Source: Bacteroidota bacterium (GTDB lineage: Bacteria; Bacteroidota; Bacteroidia; NS11-12g; UBA955). Taken from it: a stretch of 55,058 bases of DNA. Location: assembly GCA_041178665.1 (NCBI GenBank), contig JBEGUW010000124.1:1-55058 (forward strand), in the 5' to 3' direction. The translations under genes and the position numbers were made by a program. The notes under the pieces were generated by a model. That model searched no databases. It saw only the letters and a program-made list of their open reading frames with translations, and was not told where the DNA came from. Position 1 is the first letter of the stretch. The number at the start of each line of letters is the position of its first letter. Below are positions 26,430 through 34,840 of the stretch, in pieces.

Positions 26430-28556
26430 ATGGTAAAAAAGGTACTTTTGATTCTCTGCGTTATGTTCTCCTTTTCAATTCAATTGAAGGCGGCTGAACC
26501 TACGCAAGCGGCTACGAACTTAAAGGCTGGAACCATTACGTGTAACTCGGCGCAGCTTACTTGGACGAGCGGAAATGGAGCATGGCGTTTGGTGTTAGTA
26601 AAAGAGGCATCAGCAGTAGATGCTACACCAGCGGATGGTAGTTCATATTCGGCAAATGCAAATTTTGGAAGCGGTGGACAGTTGGGTACAGGGAATTTTG
26701 CTGTTTTCAATAATATTACTAATAGCGTAATTGTTACAAATCTTAAAGTCAATACCACTTACCACGTCACTGTTTTTGAGCATGACGGTACGGGCCCGGA
26801 TTATTTGACATCAAAAACGGCTACCGTTAGTTTCACCACGCACAAATTAACTGTTGCCTTTACTCACAAAGGAACGAATGATAGTTGTGAGAAATCAAAT
26901 AAAATTACATTTACCAATACGTCTACCAAATCAGCCAATTTCGGTTGGGTTAAATATACTTGGATTTATGGCGATGGTTCTCAGGATACTGGGTTGAATG
27001 CAACTCACACATATGCTAAAGGAGGTAATTTTACTGTAAATTTGGTTGCGTCTCCGGCCTTGAATTGTGTAGATATCGCCACTACGCCTAAAGCAATTTT
27101 TATCGTACCGCGGCCTATAAGTAAGCCATTTGAGAAAGCGAATGATACGGTACAGTGTTTTGACGGACACGTTTTCCGTTTTGATGACAATACTCAGTTG
27201 GCGAAAATCCCAAAGTGCGCTTACATCCGAACTTGGTTTTTTAATGATCAAGATAGTGCTACCATTCCAAATCCTACAAAGTCTTATTTGGCCCCAGGTA
27301 GATATCGCATTCATTATAAGAGTGAAACACTTTACGATAACAAGCAGACCGGTTGTACCGACACGGCCAATATGTGGGTAAAGGTAGTCGCGAGTCCTTC
27401 ATCAGGTGTTTGGGTGAATGATTCTATTCAGTGTTTGGCTGGTAACAACTTCGATTTTGACAATAAATTTCCAGGATTGGTGAGTTTTAAATGGGATTTG
27501 GGCGGAGGAACAACAGCAGTTACAAAAACAGTATCTAAATCTTTTCCAGCGGTTGGAGATTATCCCATTATCCATGAAGCCACGAGTGTAGATGGCTGTA
27601 CTGGAAAAGATACAATTGTCGTAAAAGTGAAACCCAATGTTGATCCGGCATTTACGGGATTGCCAGCAACGGCATGTCAAGGTGGTCCGGCCATTATGCT
27701 GAGTCCAAAAACAACGGGAGGTATTTTCAAGGGAGAGACATTTACGGGGAACAGCTTCTATCCAACCAAAACGGGTAAGGTGACGATTAAATACGTGGTT
27801 CAAGATCAGCATTGTCCAGATTCTTCAACTGCAGATATCACAATTACGCCAAAGCCAATTTTGAATTTGGGTAAGGATACTACGCTTTGTGATGGGGCAA
27901 GTACTGATATTACTGTTTCGATTCCGGGTACAGTTCTGTGGAATGATGGATCTACGGCAAATATTAAGACCGTGTCATTGCCAGGTACTTACGGTGCCGT
28001 AGTCGATAATGCGGGATGTAAGGCGTCAGACTCAATCAATATCAAAGTCAATGTTTCACCATCAATTTCATTGCCGATGGATACTGTTTTGTGCAGCGGA
28101 TCAATGGTGAAATTGGTAGCTCCGTTATTGCCAAATACTACGATTAAATGGAGTACGGGTTCAAGTGATACCGTTATTTATGTAAGTTCTGCAGGTACAT
28201 ATTCTTGCACAGTATCAAATTCTTGCGGCAGTGCAACAGATGATGTGACTGTGAATTTGATGATGGGGGATTGTGATTTGTTTATCCCCACAGCATTTAC
28301 ACCAAACGGCGACAATCGCAATGAGAGTTTCAAGATCTTCGGTCGTGGCGCTGTTCCAATTTTATTTTTAGTATACAACCGTTGGGGTGATAAAGTCTTT
28401 GATAGCCATGAGAAAAACGTCTACGAGTGGGATGGCTATTATATGAATGATATATGTCAAGAAGGGCTATATACATTCATTTATCGTTATGAATTAAAAA
28501 CCGGTGACCGCGTTCGTCGCAAAACCATTTCTGGTACCATCATGTTGATGCGCTAG
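26430..28556 (+). CDS. Secreted FN3/PKD/Ig-repeat protein with T9SS type-B C-terminal sorting domain
   Basis: 708 aa with a signal peptide. It has an FN3-like N-terminal module (CNSAQLTWTSGNGAWRLVLV...TTYHVTVFEH) and PKD motifs (WIYGDGS, WDLGGG). The C-terminus reads IPTAFTPNGDNRNESFKIFG...GLYTFIYRYE...GTIMLMR. Confidence 0.85.
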   Translation: MVKKVLLILCVMFSFSIQLKAAEPTQAATNLKAGTITCNSAQLTWTSGNGAWRLVLVKEASAVDATPADGSSYSANANFGSGGQLGTGNFAVFNNITNSVIVTNLKVNTTYHVTVFEHDGTGPDYLTSKTATVSFTTHKLTVAFTHKGTNDSCEKSNKITFTNTSTKSANFGWVKYTWIYGDGSQDTGLNATHTYAKGGNFTVNLVASPALNCVDIATTPKAIFIVPRPISKPFEKANDTVQCFDGHVFRFDDNTQLAKIPKCAYIRTWFFNDQDSATIPNPTKSYLAPGRYRIHYKSETLYDNKQTGCTDTANMWVKVVASPSSGVWVNDSIQCLAGNNFDFDNKFPGLVSFKWDLGGGTTAVTKTVSKSFPAVGDYPIIHEATSVDGCTGKDTIVVKVKPNVDPAFTGLPATACQGGPAIMLSPKTTGGIFKGETFTGNSFYPTKTGKVTIKYVVQDQHCPDSSTADITITPKPILNLGKDTTLCDGASTDITVSIPGTVLWNDGSTANIKTVSLPGTYGAVVDNAGCKASDSINIKVNVSPSISLPMDTVLCSGSMVKLVAPLLPNTTIKWSTGSSDTVIYVSSAGTYSCTVSNSCGSATDDVTVNLMMGDCDLFIPTAFTPNGDNRNESFKIFGRGAVPILFLVYNRWGDKVFDSHEKNVYEWDGYYMNDICQEGLYTFIYRYELKTGDRVRRKTISGTIMLMR

Positions 28557-28618
28557 AAAGTGGGTAAGTAGTGGTTAAAACTATCTAAAAGTAATTTCAT
28601 CCTCCGCTTGCGGTGTTG

Positions 28619-28626
28619 TAATTTTG
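28619..28626 (+). promoter_or_regulatory. Candidate -7 box TAATTTTG for purL
   Basis: Exact TAnnTTTG match, 6 nt upstream of ATG 28633. Confidence 0.3.
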
Positions 28627-28632
28627 TAGCGC

Positions 28633-30858
28633 ATGGTACATCAACCCGCTACACTAGAACAAGCCAAACAGTTGGGTTTGTTGGAAGAAGAATTCAACAA
28701 GATTTGCGACATACTAGGTCGTCATCCCAATTTTACGGAAATCTCCATATACTCTGTTATGTGGAGCGAGCATTGCAGTTACAAAAACTCTATCGTTTGG
28801 TTAAAGACATTGCCCAAGTCGGGTTCTAAGATGTTGGCCGAAGCGGGCGAGGAAAACGCGGGCTTAGTAGATATTGGCGATGGGTTGGCATGTTGCTTCA
28901 AAATCGAAAGTCACAATCACCCGAGTGCAATTGAGCCTTATCAAGGGGCGGCAACCGGTGTGGGTGGAATCAATAGAGATATTTTTTCGATGGGTGCTAG
29001 GCCTATCGCGCAATTGAATTCTTTGCGTTTTGGAAATATTGCTACCGCGCGAACGCAGTGGTTGGTGAAAGGTGTGGTGAAAGGCATCGGCGATTATGGC
29101 AATGCTTTTGGTATTCCAACTGTGGGTGGTGAGGTGTATTTTGATGACTGCTATGAGCAAAATAATCTGGTGAATGCCATGAGTGTTGGTATTGTGGGCG
29201 TTGGCAAGAGTATTTCTGCCGGTGCAGGTCCTGCTGGCAATCCAGTTTATATTTTTGGTTCAGCTACAGGCAAAGACGGTATTCACGGCGCAGCTTTCGC
29301 ATCGAAAGATATGAGTGAAGACAGTATCTCTGATTTGCCATCGGTGCAAGTGGGTGATCCTTTCTGGGAGAAGTTGATTTTGGAGGCGAGCATGGAGATC
29401 ATCGAAACGGGTGCGGTGGTTGGAATGCAAGACATGGGAGCGGCCGGTATTACTTGTTCTACCAGCGAAATGAGTGCAAAGACCGATGTGGGGATGGATG
29501 TTTGGTTGGATAAAGTGCCCATGCGTCAGCCCGATATGAAAGGTTGGGAGTTGTTGCTCAGCGAAAGCCAAGAGCGCATGTTGGTGATCATCGAAAAGGG
29601 AAGAGAAAAAGAAGTAGAAAAGGTGTTGAAGAAGTGGGATTTGACGTATGCCCACATTGGGATGGTGACAGATACCAAGCATGTCCGTTACTTTATGGGC
29701 GATGTGCTTGAGGCTGATATTCCTGCGGAATCATTGGTGTTGGGTGGTGGTGCACCGGTTTACCGTCGTACATGGGCCGAACCTGAATATATGAAAGAAA
29801 TCGCCAAGTTTGATTTGAATTCGGTTGCGGATTTGAGTTTAGCAGAAGCAAAAGATGCGGCCATTAAATTGTGTAATGAGCCCAATATCGCCAGTAAGCG
29901 TTGGATTTATGAGCAATACGATTCGATGGTTGGAACGATTAACGAATCGACCAATTTGCCATCTGATGCGGCGGTTGTGAAAATCGTTGGCTCTGAAAAG
30001 AGTTTGGCGTTGACGGTGGATTGCAACAGTAGATATGTATTTGCTGATCCCAATAAGGGGACGCAGATTGCGGTGGCTGAGGCTGCTAGGAATATTCGAT
30101 GCACTGGTGGTGTGCCAACGGCGATTACCAACTGTTTGAATTTTGGCAATCCTTACAACGAGGAGGTTTATTATCAATTTAAAAATGCCATCGAAGGTAT
30201 GAGCGAAGCTTGTCGGAAATTTGATACTCCGGTAACAGGCGGAAACGTAAGCTTTTATAACCAGAGCACTAACGGTCAGGCCGTGTATCCAACGCCAACC
30301 ATTGGTATGGTGGGTATTATCGAACAGCCTGAGCATCGCATGAGTATTCCTTTTGGCGATGCTGGCGATGCCATCGTTTTGTTGGGAACAACGCGCAACG
30401 ATTTGGGTAGTTCGCAGTATATCGCGAAGGTAAAAGGGGTGAGTCATAGCCCATGTCCGTCCTTTGATTTGGACGAAGAATACGCATTGCATTTGTTGTT
30501 GGAGACTTTGTCGAAGGAGCAGGCGGTTGCATCGGCGCACGACATCAGCGAAGGCGGATTGTTTGTGGCTTGCATGGAAAGTGCGATGGCTGGCGGCAAG
30601 GGATTTGATGTTTGCACCGAAAAGGGATTGCGTATAGATGCGGGATTGTTTGGTGAAAGTCAAAGCCGGGTTGTGGTTTCTGTGTCGCAGGATGGTTTGG
30701 GTCGTTTGATGAAATTGGCTTCGGAAGCTGGGGTTATTGCTACGCATGTAGGAACGGTTTTGGCCGATAAGGTGATTTGTGTGAACGGTGAGGACTGGGG
30801 CGCGATGGAAACTTTTGCAACGCCTTACCAGCAGGTGATCGCATCGTATTTAAACTAA
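28633..30858 (+). CDS. purL: Phosphoribosylformylglycinamidine synthase subunit PurL
   Basis: 741 aa with MWSEHCSYKNS, ESHNHPSAIEPYQGAATGVGGINRDI and SESQERML motifs. The size fits the small PurL of the PurLQS-type enzyme. Confidence 0.95.
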   Translation: MVHQPATLEQAKQLGLLEEEFNKICDILGRHPNFTEISIYSVMWSEHCSYKNSIVWLKTLPKSGSKMLAEAGEENAGLVDIGDGLACCFKIESHNHPSAIEPYQGAATGVGGINRDIFSMGARPIAQLNSLRFGNIATARTQWLVKGVVKGIGDYGNAFGIPTVGGEVYFDDCYEQNNLVNAMSVGIVGVGKSISAGAGPAGNPVYIFGSATGKDGIHGAAFASKDMSEDSISDLPSVQVGDPFWEKLILEASMEIIETGAVVGMQDMGAAGITCSTSEMSAKTDVGMDVWLDKVPMRQPDMKGWELLLSESQERMLVIIEKGREKEVEKVLKKWDLTYAHIGMVTDTKHVRYFMGDVLEADIPAESLVLGGGAPVYRRTWAEPEYMKEIAKFDLNSVADLSLAEAKDAAIKLCNEPNIASKRWIYEQYDSMVGTINESTNLPSDAAVVKIVGSEKSLALTVDCNSRYVFADPNKGTQIAVAEAARNIRCTGGVPTAITNCLNFGNPYNEEVYYQFKNAIEGMSEACRKFDTPVTGGNVSFYNQSTNGQAVYPTPTIGMVGIIEQPEHRMSIPFGDAGDAIVLLGTTRNDLGSSQYIAKVKGVSHSPCPSFDLDEEYALHLLLETLSKEQAVASAHDISEGGLFVACMESAMAGGKGFDVCTEKGLRIDAGLFGESQSRVVVSVSQDGLGRLMKLASEAGVIATHVGTVLADKVICVNGEDWGAMETFATPYQQVIASYLN

Positions 30859-30870
30859 TGTAGCGCTGCG

Positions 30871-32010
30871 ATGAACACGATCAGCTATTGGGAGCAACAG
30901 GGCTTTGGCAAGGCTGATTGGGTGGTGATTGGTGCGGGATTGGTTGGACTTCAAAGTGCACGTCGGATTAAGGAATCGTTTCCTGCAACTCGGGTTGTGG
31001 TGCTAGACGAACATGCTTTGGGTAACGCAGCTAGTTTGCGGAATGCCGGTTTTGCTTGTTTTGGCAGTGCGGGGGAGATGTTGGATGAAATCGCGCGCAC
31101 GAGTGAGTTGGAGGCAGTGGGGTTGTATGAAAAGCGGTTTTTAGGGATTCAGAAATTGTTAGGTCGTTACGGTGCTGCGAGGATTGGTTTTCAGGCAACC
31201 GGCGGAACGGAGGTTTTTTCTTCGGGCGATGCTGAGGAGGCGGTTCGGGTTTTTGATCATTTGACTGGGCTCAATGGGATGTTGCGTTCGGTTCATGGTA
31301 AAGATTCTTTTGAGGCTTGCGATACGATTTCTACTGGGATGAATGTGATGAAGGAGGGAGTATTCTCGCCGCTGGAAGGGGGGCTTCAGAGTCATCTGTT
31401 ATATAAGGCGGTTAGGGAAGATGCTTTGCAGGCCGGGGTTGAGATTTATGAGGGGATGCGGGTATTGGACTGGGAGGAAAGTTCGGATTTTGTGAGGTTG
31501 CAGTTGGCTAGTGGGTTGAAGATTTCGTGTTCTCGGTTGTTGATTTGTACCAATGGATTTAGCAAGCGGTTGATTCCAGAATTGGCAGTTTCGCCGGCGA
31601 GAGGTCAGGTTTTTGTGACGAAATCGTTGGGAAAGTTGCCATTTGAGGGGATTTTTCATGCCGACAAAGGATATATTTATTTTAGGGAATTGGGGGGTGA
31701 TCGGGTATTGATTGGCGGAGGTCGGAATTTGGATTTTGAGGGGGAGGAGACAATGGAAATGGTGGTCACTGATCAGTTTCGATTGTATTTGAAATCGTAC
31801 TTAGAAACGGTGGTTTTGCCGGGGAGGGCGGTTGAGTTTGACTACGAATGGTCTGGGGTGATGGGGATGAATGAGAATCGGAATCCAATTATTGGATGGC
31901 ATAGCGATAGGGTTTGTTTGGCGGTGAGAATGGGCGGTATGGGTGTGGCGTTGAGTTCTTGGGTTGCCGATGAGGTAATTCAAGTGATTGAAAGGGATTT
32001 GGGGGTTTGA
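30871..32010 (+). CDS. FAD-dependent oxidoreductase (DAO / glycine-D-amino-acid oxidase family)
   Basis: 379 aa with the N-terminal dinucleotide-binding motif DWVVIGAGLVGLQSARRI and DAO-like overall length. Confidence 0.8.
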   Translation: MNTISYWEQQGFGKADWVVIGAGLVGLQSARRIKESFPATRVVVLDEHALGNAASLRNAGFACFGSAGEMLDEIARTSELEAVGLYEKRFLGIQKLLGRYGAARIGFQATGGTEVFSSGDAEEAVRVFDHLTGLNGMLRSVHGKDSFEACDTISTGMNVMKEGVFSPLEGGLQSHLLYKAVREDALQAGVEIYEGMRVLDWEESSDFVRLQLASGLKISCSRLLICTNGFSKRLIPELAVSPARGQVFVTKSLGKLPFEGIFHADKGYIYFRELGGDRVLIGGGRNLDFEGEETMEMVVTDQFRLYLKSYLETVVLPGRAVEFDYEWSGVMGMNENRNPIIGWHSDRVCLAVRMGGMGVALSSWVADEVIQVIERDLGV

Positions 32011-32036
32011 TATCTTTTGGGTTGATTTGAGGATAT

Positions 32037-33716
32037 ATGTCGGTGGATAATCATGAAATCGTAAAAGCCTTGCAGTTATATGCGAGTTTGGCTGAATTGC
32101 ATGAAGAGAATCCTTTTAAGTACAAGGCTTTTGCATCTGGCGCTTTCAATTTGCGAAAAATCAAAGAGCCACTTTCTGATTTGCAAGAATCGCAACTATT
32201 ATTGATTCCTGGAGTTGGTAAGTCGGTGGCCAAAGCGATTGTGGAGTATAGTGTTTCGAGGAGATTTCCAGCGTTGGAGGACTTATTGGCAGTTACACCC
32301 ATAGGATTGATTACGATGTTGGGGGTGAAGGGTTTGGGTCCAAAAAAGGTGAGATTGATTTGGCAGGAATTGGGGATCGATACGGTGGAGGATTTGTTTG
32401 ATGCTTGCAGGCAGAATCGCTTGGTGGAAGTCAGTGGATTTGGTTACAAAACGCAACAAACGATTATGGCTGCCATTGAGTTTTCATACGGCGCGAGAGG
32501 AAAGTTTCATTTGGCCCGATTGATGCCCTATGCGGAGTCGTTTTTGGCGGGGATGCGATTGGTTTTTGGGGATGAGCGACATGAATTTACGGGCGATTAT
32601 TATCGCAAAAGCGATGTGATAGAGAATTTGGTGCTGCTTACTACGGCGATGGAGATGAGTGGGATTACGGCGTCGGACTGGGATGCGGTTGCAACAGAAG
32701 GTGGTCCAGATATACTGGGATGGACGATGGATGAAGAAGCTGGTGTCCTGAGGCATGAACAAGGGTTTGTTATCGAAATGGAAGTGGTGATGCATTCTGA
32801 TTTCGATCGGGTGTTGTTTGAGGGGGGCGCGGCGGCCAGGCACCTTGAACTGCTTGGATATTCTTCCTCGGATTGGAAAGGCAGCGACGGTAATACCTAT
32901 GCCGCAAAGGGGGTCAATTTTGTGGTGCCCAGCCGCCGCGAAGGACATCGTGAATTAGAAAGACCGGTAGAAGAAGCATCGTTGTTGAAGTATTCAGACA
33001 TCAAAGGGGTGCTTCACAATCACACTACCTATTCGGATGGACTCAATTCGGTGGAGGAAATGGCGCTGTTTGCCATGGAAATCGGCATGGAATATTTGGG
33101 TATTTGCGACCACTCCAAAACAGCGGGATATGCTCGTGGATTGCAGGTGGAACGGGTTTTACAGCAGTTTGAAGAGATTGATACATTGAATCAACAGCTC
33201 TGGCCCTTCAAGATTTTTAAGGGAATCGAAAGTGATATTCTTGGCAATGGCGATTTGGATTACGAGCCAGAGATTTTACGTCAGTTTGATATGGTGGTGG
33301 CATCGGTGCATAGCAACTTAAATATGACCCAAGACAAGGCGATGGACCGGTTGCTGCGAGCCATCGAAAATCCATACACAACAATATTAGGTCATCCCAC
33401 CGGGAGATTGCTGTTGATGCGAGAAGGTTATCCGATAGATCATCACAAGGTGATTGATGCTTGTGCTGCGAATGGCGTGGCTTTGGAGTTGAATGCGCAT
33501 CCGTATCGTTTGGATATAGATTGGCGATACATCGACTATGCGATGGAGAAGGGGGTGATGGTTTCGGTAAATCCCGACGCGCATGAGAAAAGGGGATATT
33601 TGGATATGCATTTTGGCGTTTTGAGTGGACAAAAAGGCGGATTGCAGACATCGCAGACCCTCAACGCATTGAATTTGGTTGAATTTGAAGCGTATCTTGC
33701 AAAGCGTAAAAAGTGA
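32037..33716 (+). CDS. polX: PolX-family protein: HhH / polymerase-beta-like N-terminal half plus C-terminal PHP phosphoesterase domain
   Basis: 559 aa. HhH motifs are present (LIPGVGKSVAKAI, LGVKGLGPKKV). PHP motifs are present (GVLHNHTTYSDG, GICDHS, ASVHS, LGHPTGRLL, VNPDAH). The palm catalytic motif looks degenerate (see findings). Confidence 0.8.
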   Translation: MSVDNHEIVKALQLYASLAELHEENPFKYKAFASGAFNLRKIKEPLSDLQESQLLLIPGVGKSVAKAIVEYSVSRRFPALEDLLAVTPIGLITMLGVKGLGPKKVRLIWQELGIDTVEDLFDACRQNRLVEVSGFGYKTQQTIMAAIEFSYGARGKFHLARLMPYAESFLAGMRLVFGDERHEFTGDYYRKSDVIENLVLLTTAMEMSGITASDWDAVATEGGPDILGWTMDEEAGVLRHEQGFVIEMEVVMHSDFDRVLFEGGAAARHLELLGYSSSDWKGSDGNTYAAKGVNFVVPSRREGHRELERPVEEASLLKYSDIKGVLHNHTTYSDGLNSVEEMALFAMEIGMEYLGICDHSKTAGYARGLQVERVLQQFEEIDTLNQQLWPFKIFKGIESDILGNGDLDYEPEILRQFDMVVASVHSNLNMTQDKAMDRLLRAIENPYTTILGHPTGRLLLMREGYPIDHHKVIDACAANGVALELNAHPYRLDIDWRYIDYAMEKGVMVSVNPDAHEKRGYLDMHFGVLSGQKGGLQTSQTLNALNLVEFEAYLAKRKK

Positions 33717-33741
33717 AATCGCTGATAAAGTAAATCGCATC

Positions 33742-34785
33742 GTGAAGAAAATTTTAGTCATCCGTTTGAGCAGCTTGGGCGATGTGGTTCTTACCGCGCC
33801 GATTTTGACAGCTATGCGAACGGTTGCTGGGATTGAGGTGCATTTGCTCACCAAGCCTAAAATGGGAGATTTGTTGCATGGTGGAGCTGCGGTCGATAAA
33901 TTTTATACTTGGGGTGAAGCCGACCTCGTGGCGAAATTGAAGGCGGAGAAATATGATGGGGTTTTGGATTTACATTGCAATTTTCGGTCGTATTGGGTTC
34001 GGTTACTTCTGTTGTTGACCATTTCAGTAGGTTATCATAAAAAACGATTTACGCGATGGCTTTATGTGAAAACCAAATCGCCTCAATTTGAAGTATCTCA
34101 CGTGCAGGAACGCTATTTGTATGCGGCCAATCAATTAATGAAACGTCTTGGTTGTGCGGGTATCGAAATCAGCGATTGGTCGGTCGGGCTTCCTGAATAT
34201 TCGGGATTTTCAGAAGATTCTCAGAAGTTTGTTCCGGCTGATATTTCAACCTTTGGTGGAGCGAATTTCCCTGGTAGTTATGGCGTTGCAATTCTCGGGG
34301 GAACCTATGAAACCAAGAAGATACCGAAATCGGTGTGGCAGGATATCTTTAGTCAGGACAATAATAACTGGTATTTGATTGGTGGTGCCAACGAAAAAGG
34401 GCTTGCGTTGGAGTTGGTTGCGGAGTTTGGTAATCGATTAATCGATGGGGTTGGGGTGTTTGATTTAGAAATTTCCTCAAGATGTATTGCTTTGAGTGAT
34501 TTTGTTATCGGTGGCGATACGGGTTTTAGTCATGTTGCAGCTATATATAATAAACCAATGCTCGTGATTTGGGGCAGTACTGATCCGGGGCTGGGATTTG
34601 CTGCCGGGTTTAATAATAATAAAGTACTACACCTTGTAAGTAAGGATTTGTCCTGTCATCCCTGCTCTAAATTGGGTTTTGATGCTTGTCCGAAGGGTCA
34701 TTTTCGATGTATGAAGGATTATTCGGCCCAAGAAATAAAATTATTGTTGCAAAAATTGCAAGCCAATTCGTTGGGAGGTCATTAA
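33742..34785 (+). CDS. Glycosyltransferase family 9 (heptosyltransferase-like) protein
   Basis: The track ORF starts at 33679, inside polX. GTG 33742 instead gives the canonical GT9 N-terminus (M)KKILVIRLSSLGDVVLTAP. A GGDTGFSHVAA motif lies near the C-terminal domain. Confidence 0.8.
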   Translation: MKKILVIRLSSLGDVVLTAPILTAMRTVAGIEVHLLTKPKMGDLLHGGAAVDKFYTWGEADLVAKLKAEKYDGVLDLHCNFRSYWVRLLLLLTISVGYHKKRFTRWLYVKTKSPQFEVSHVQERYLYAANQLMKRLGCAGIEISDWSVGLPEYSGFSEDSQKFVPADISTFGGANFPGSYGVAILGGTYETKKIPKSVWQDIFSQDNNNWYLIGGANEKGLALELVAEFGNRLIDGVGVFDLEISSRCIALSDFVIGGDTGFSHVAAIYNKPMLVIWGSTDPGLGFAAGFNNNKVLHLVSKDLSCHPCSKLGFDACPKGHFRCMKDYSAQEIKLLLQKLQANSLGGH

Positions 34786-34840
34786 CTTGTTTTTTTTCCT
34801 TATTTTCGCGCTTCCATAATTTGGATACTTTTATATAGTG

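Noticed and set aside
29839-30747. 302-aa ORF on the minus strand, entirely inside purL
   Set aside because: It is antisense to a confidently identified, motif-rich housekeeping gene. The translation is Arg/His/Gln/Thr-rich with no recognisable motif, signal peptide or start context. This is typical shadow-ORF behaviour.
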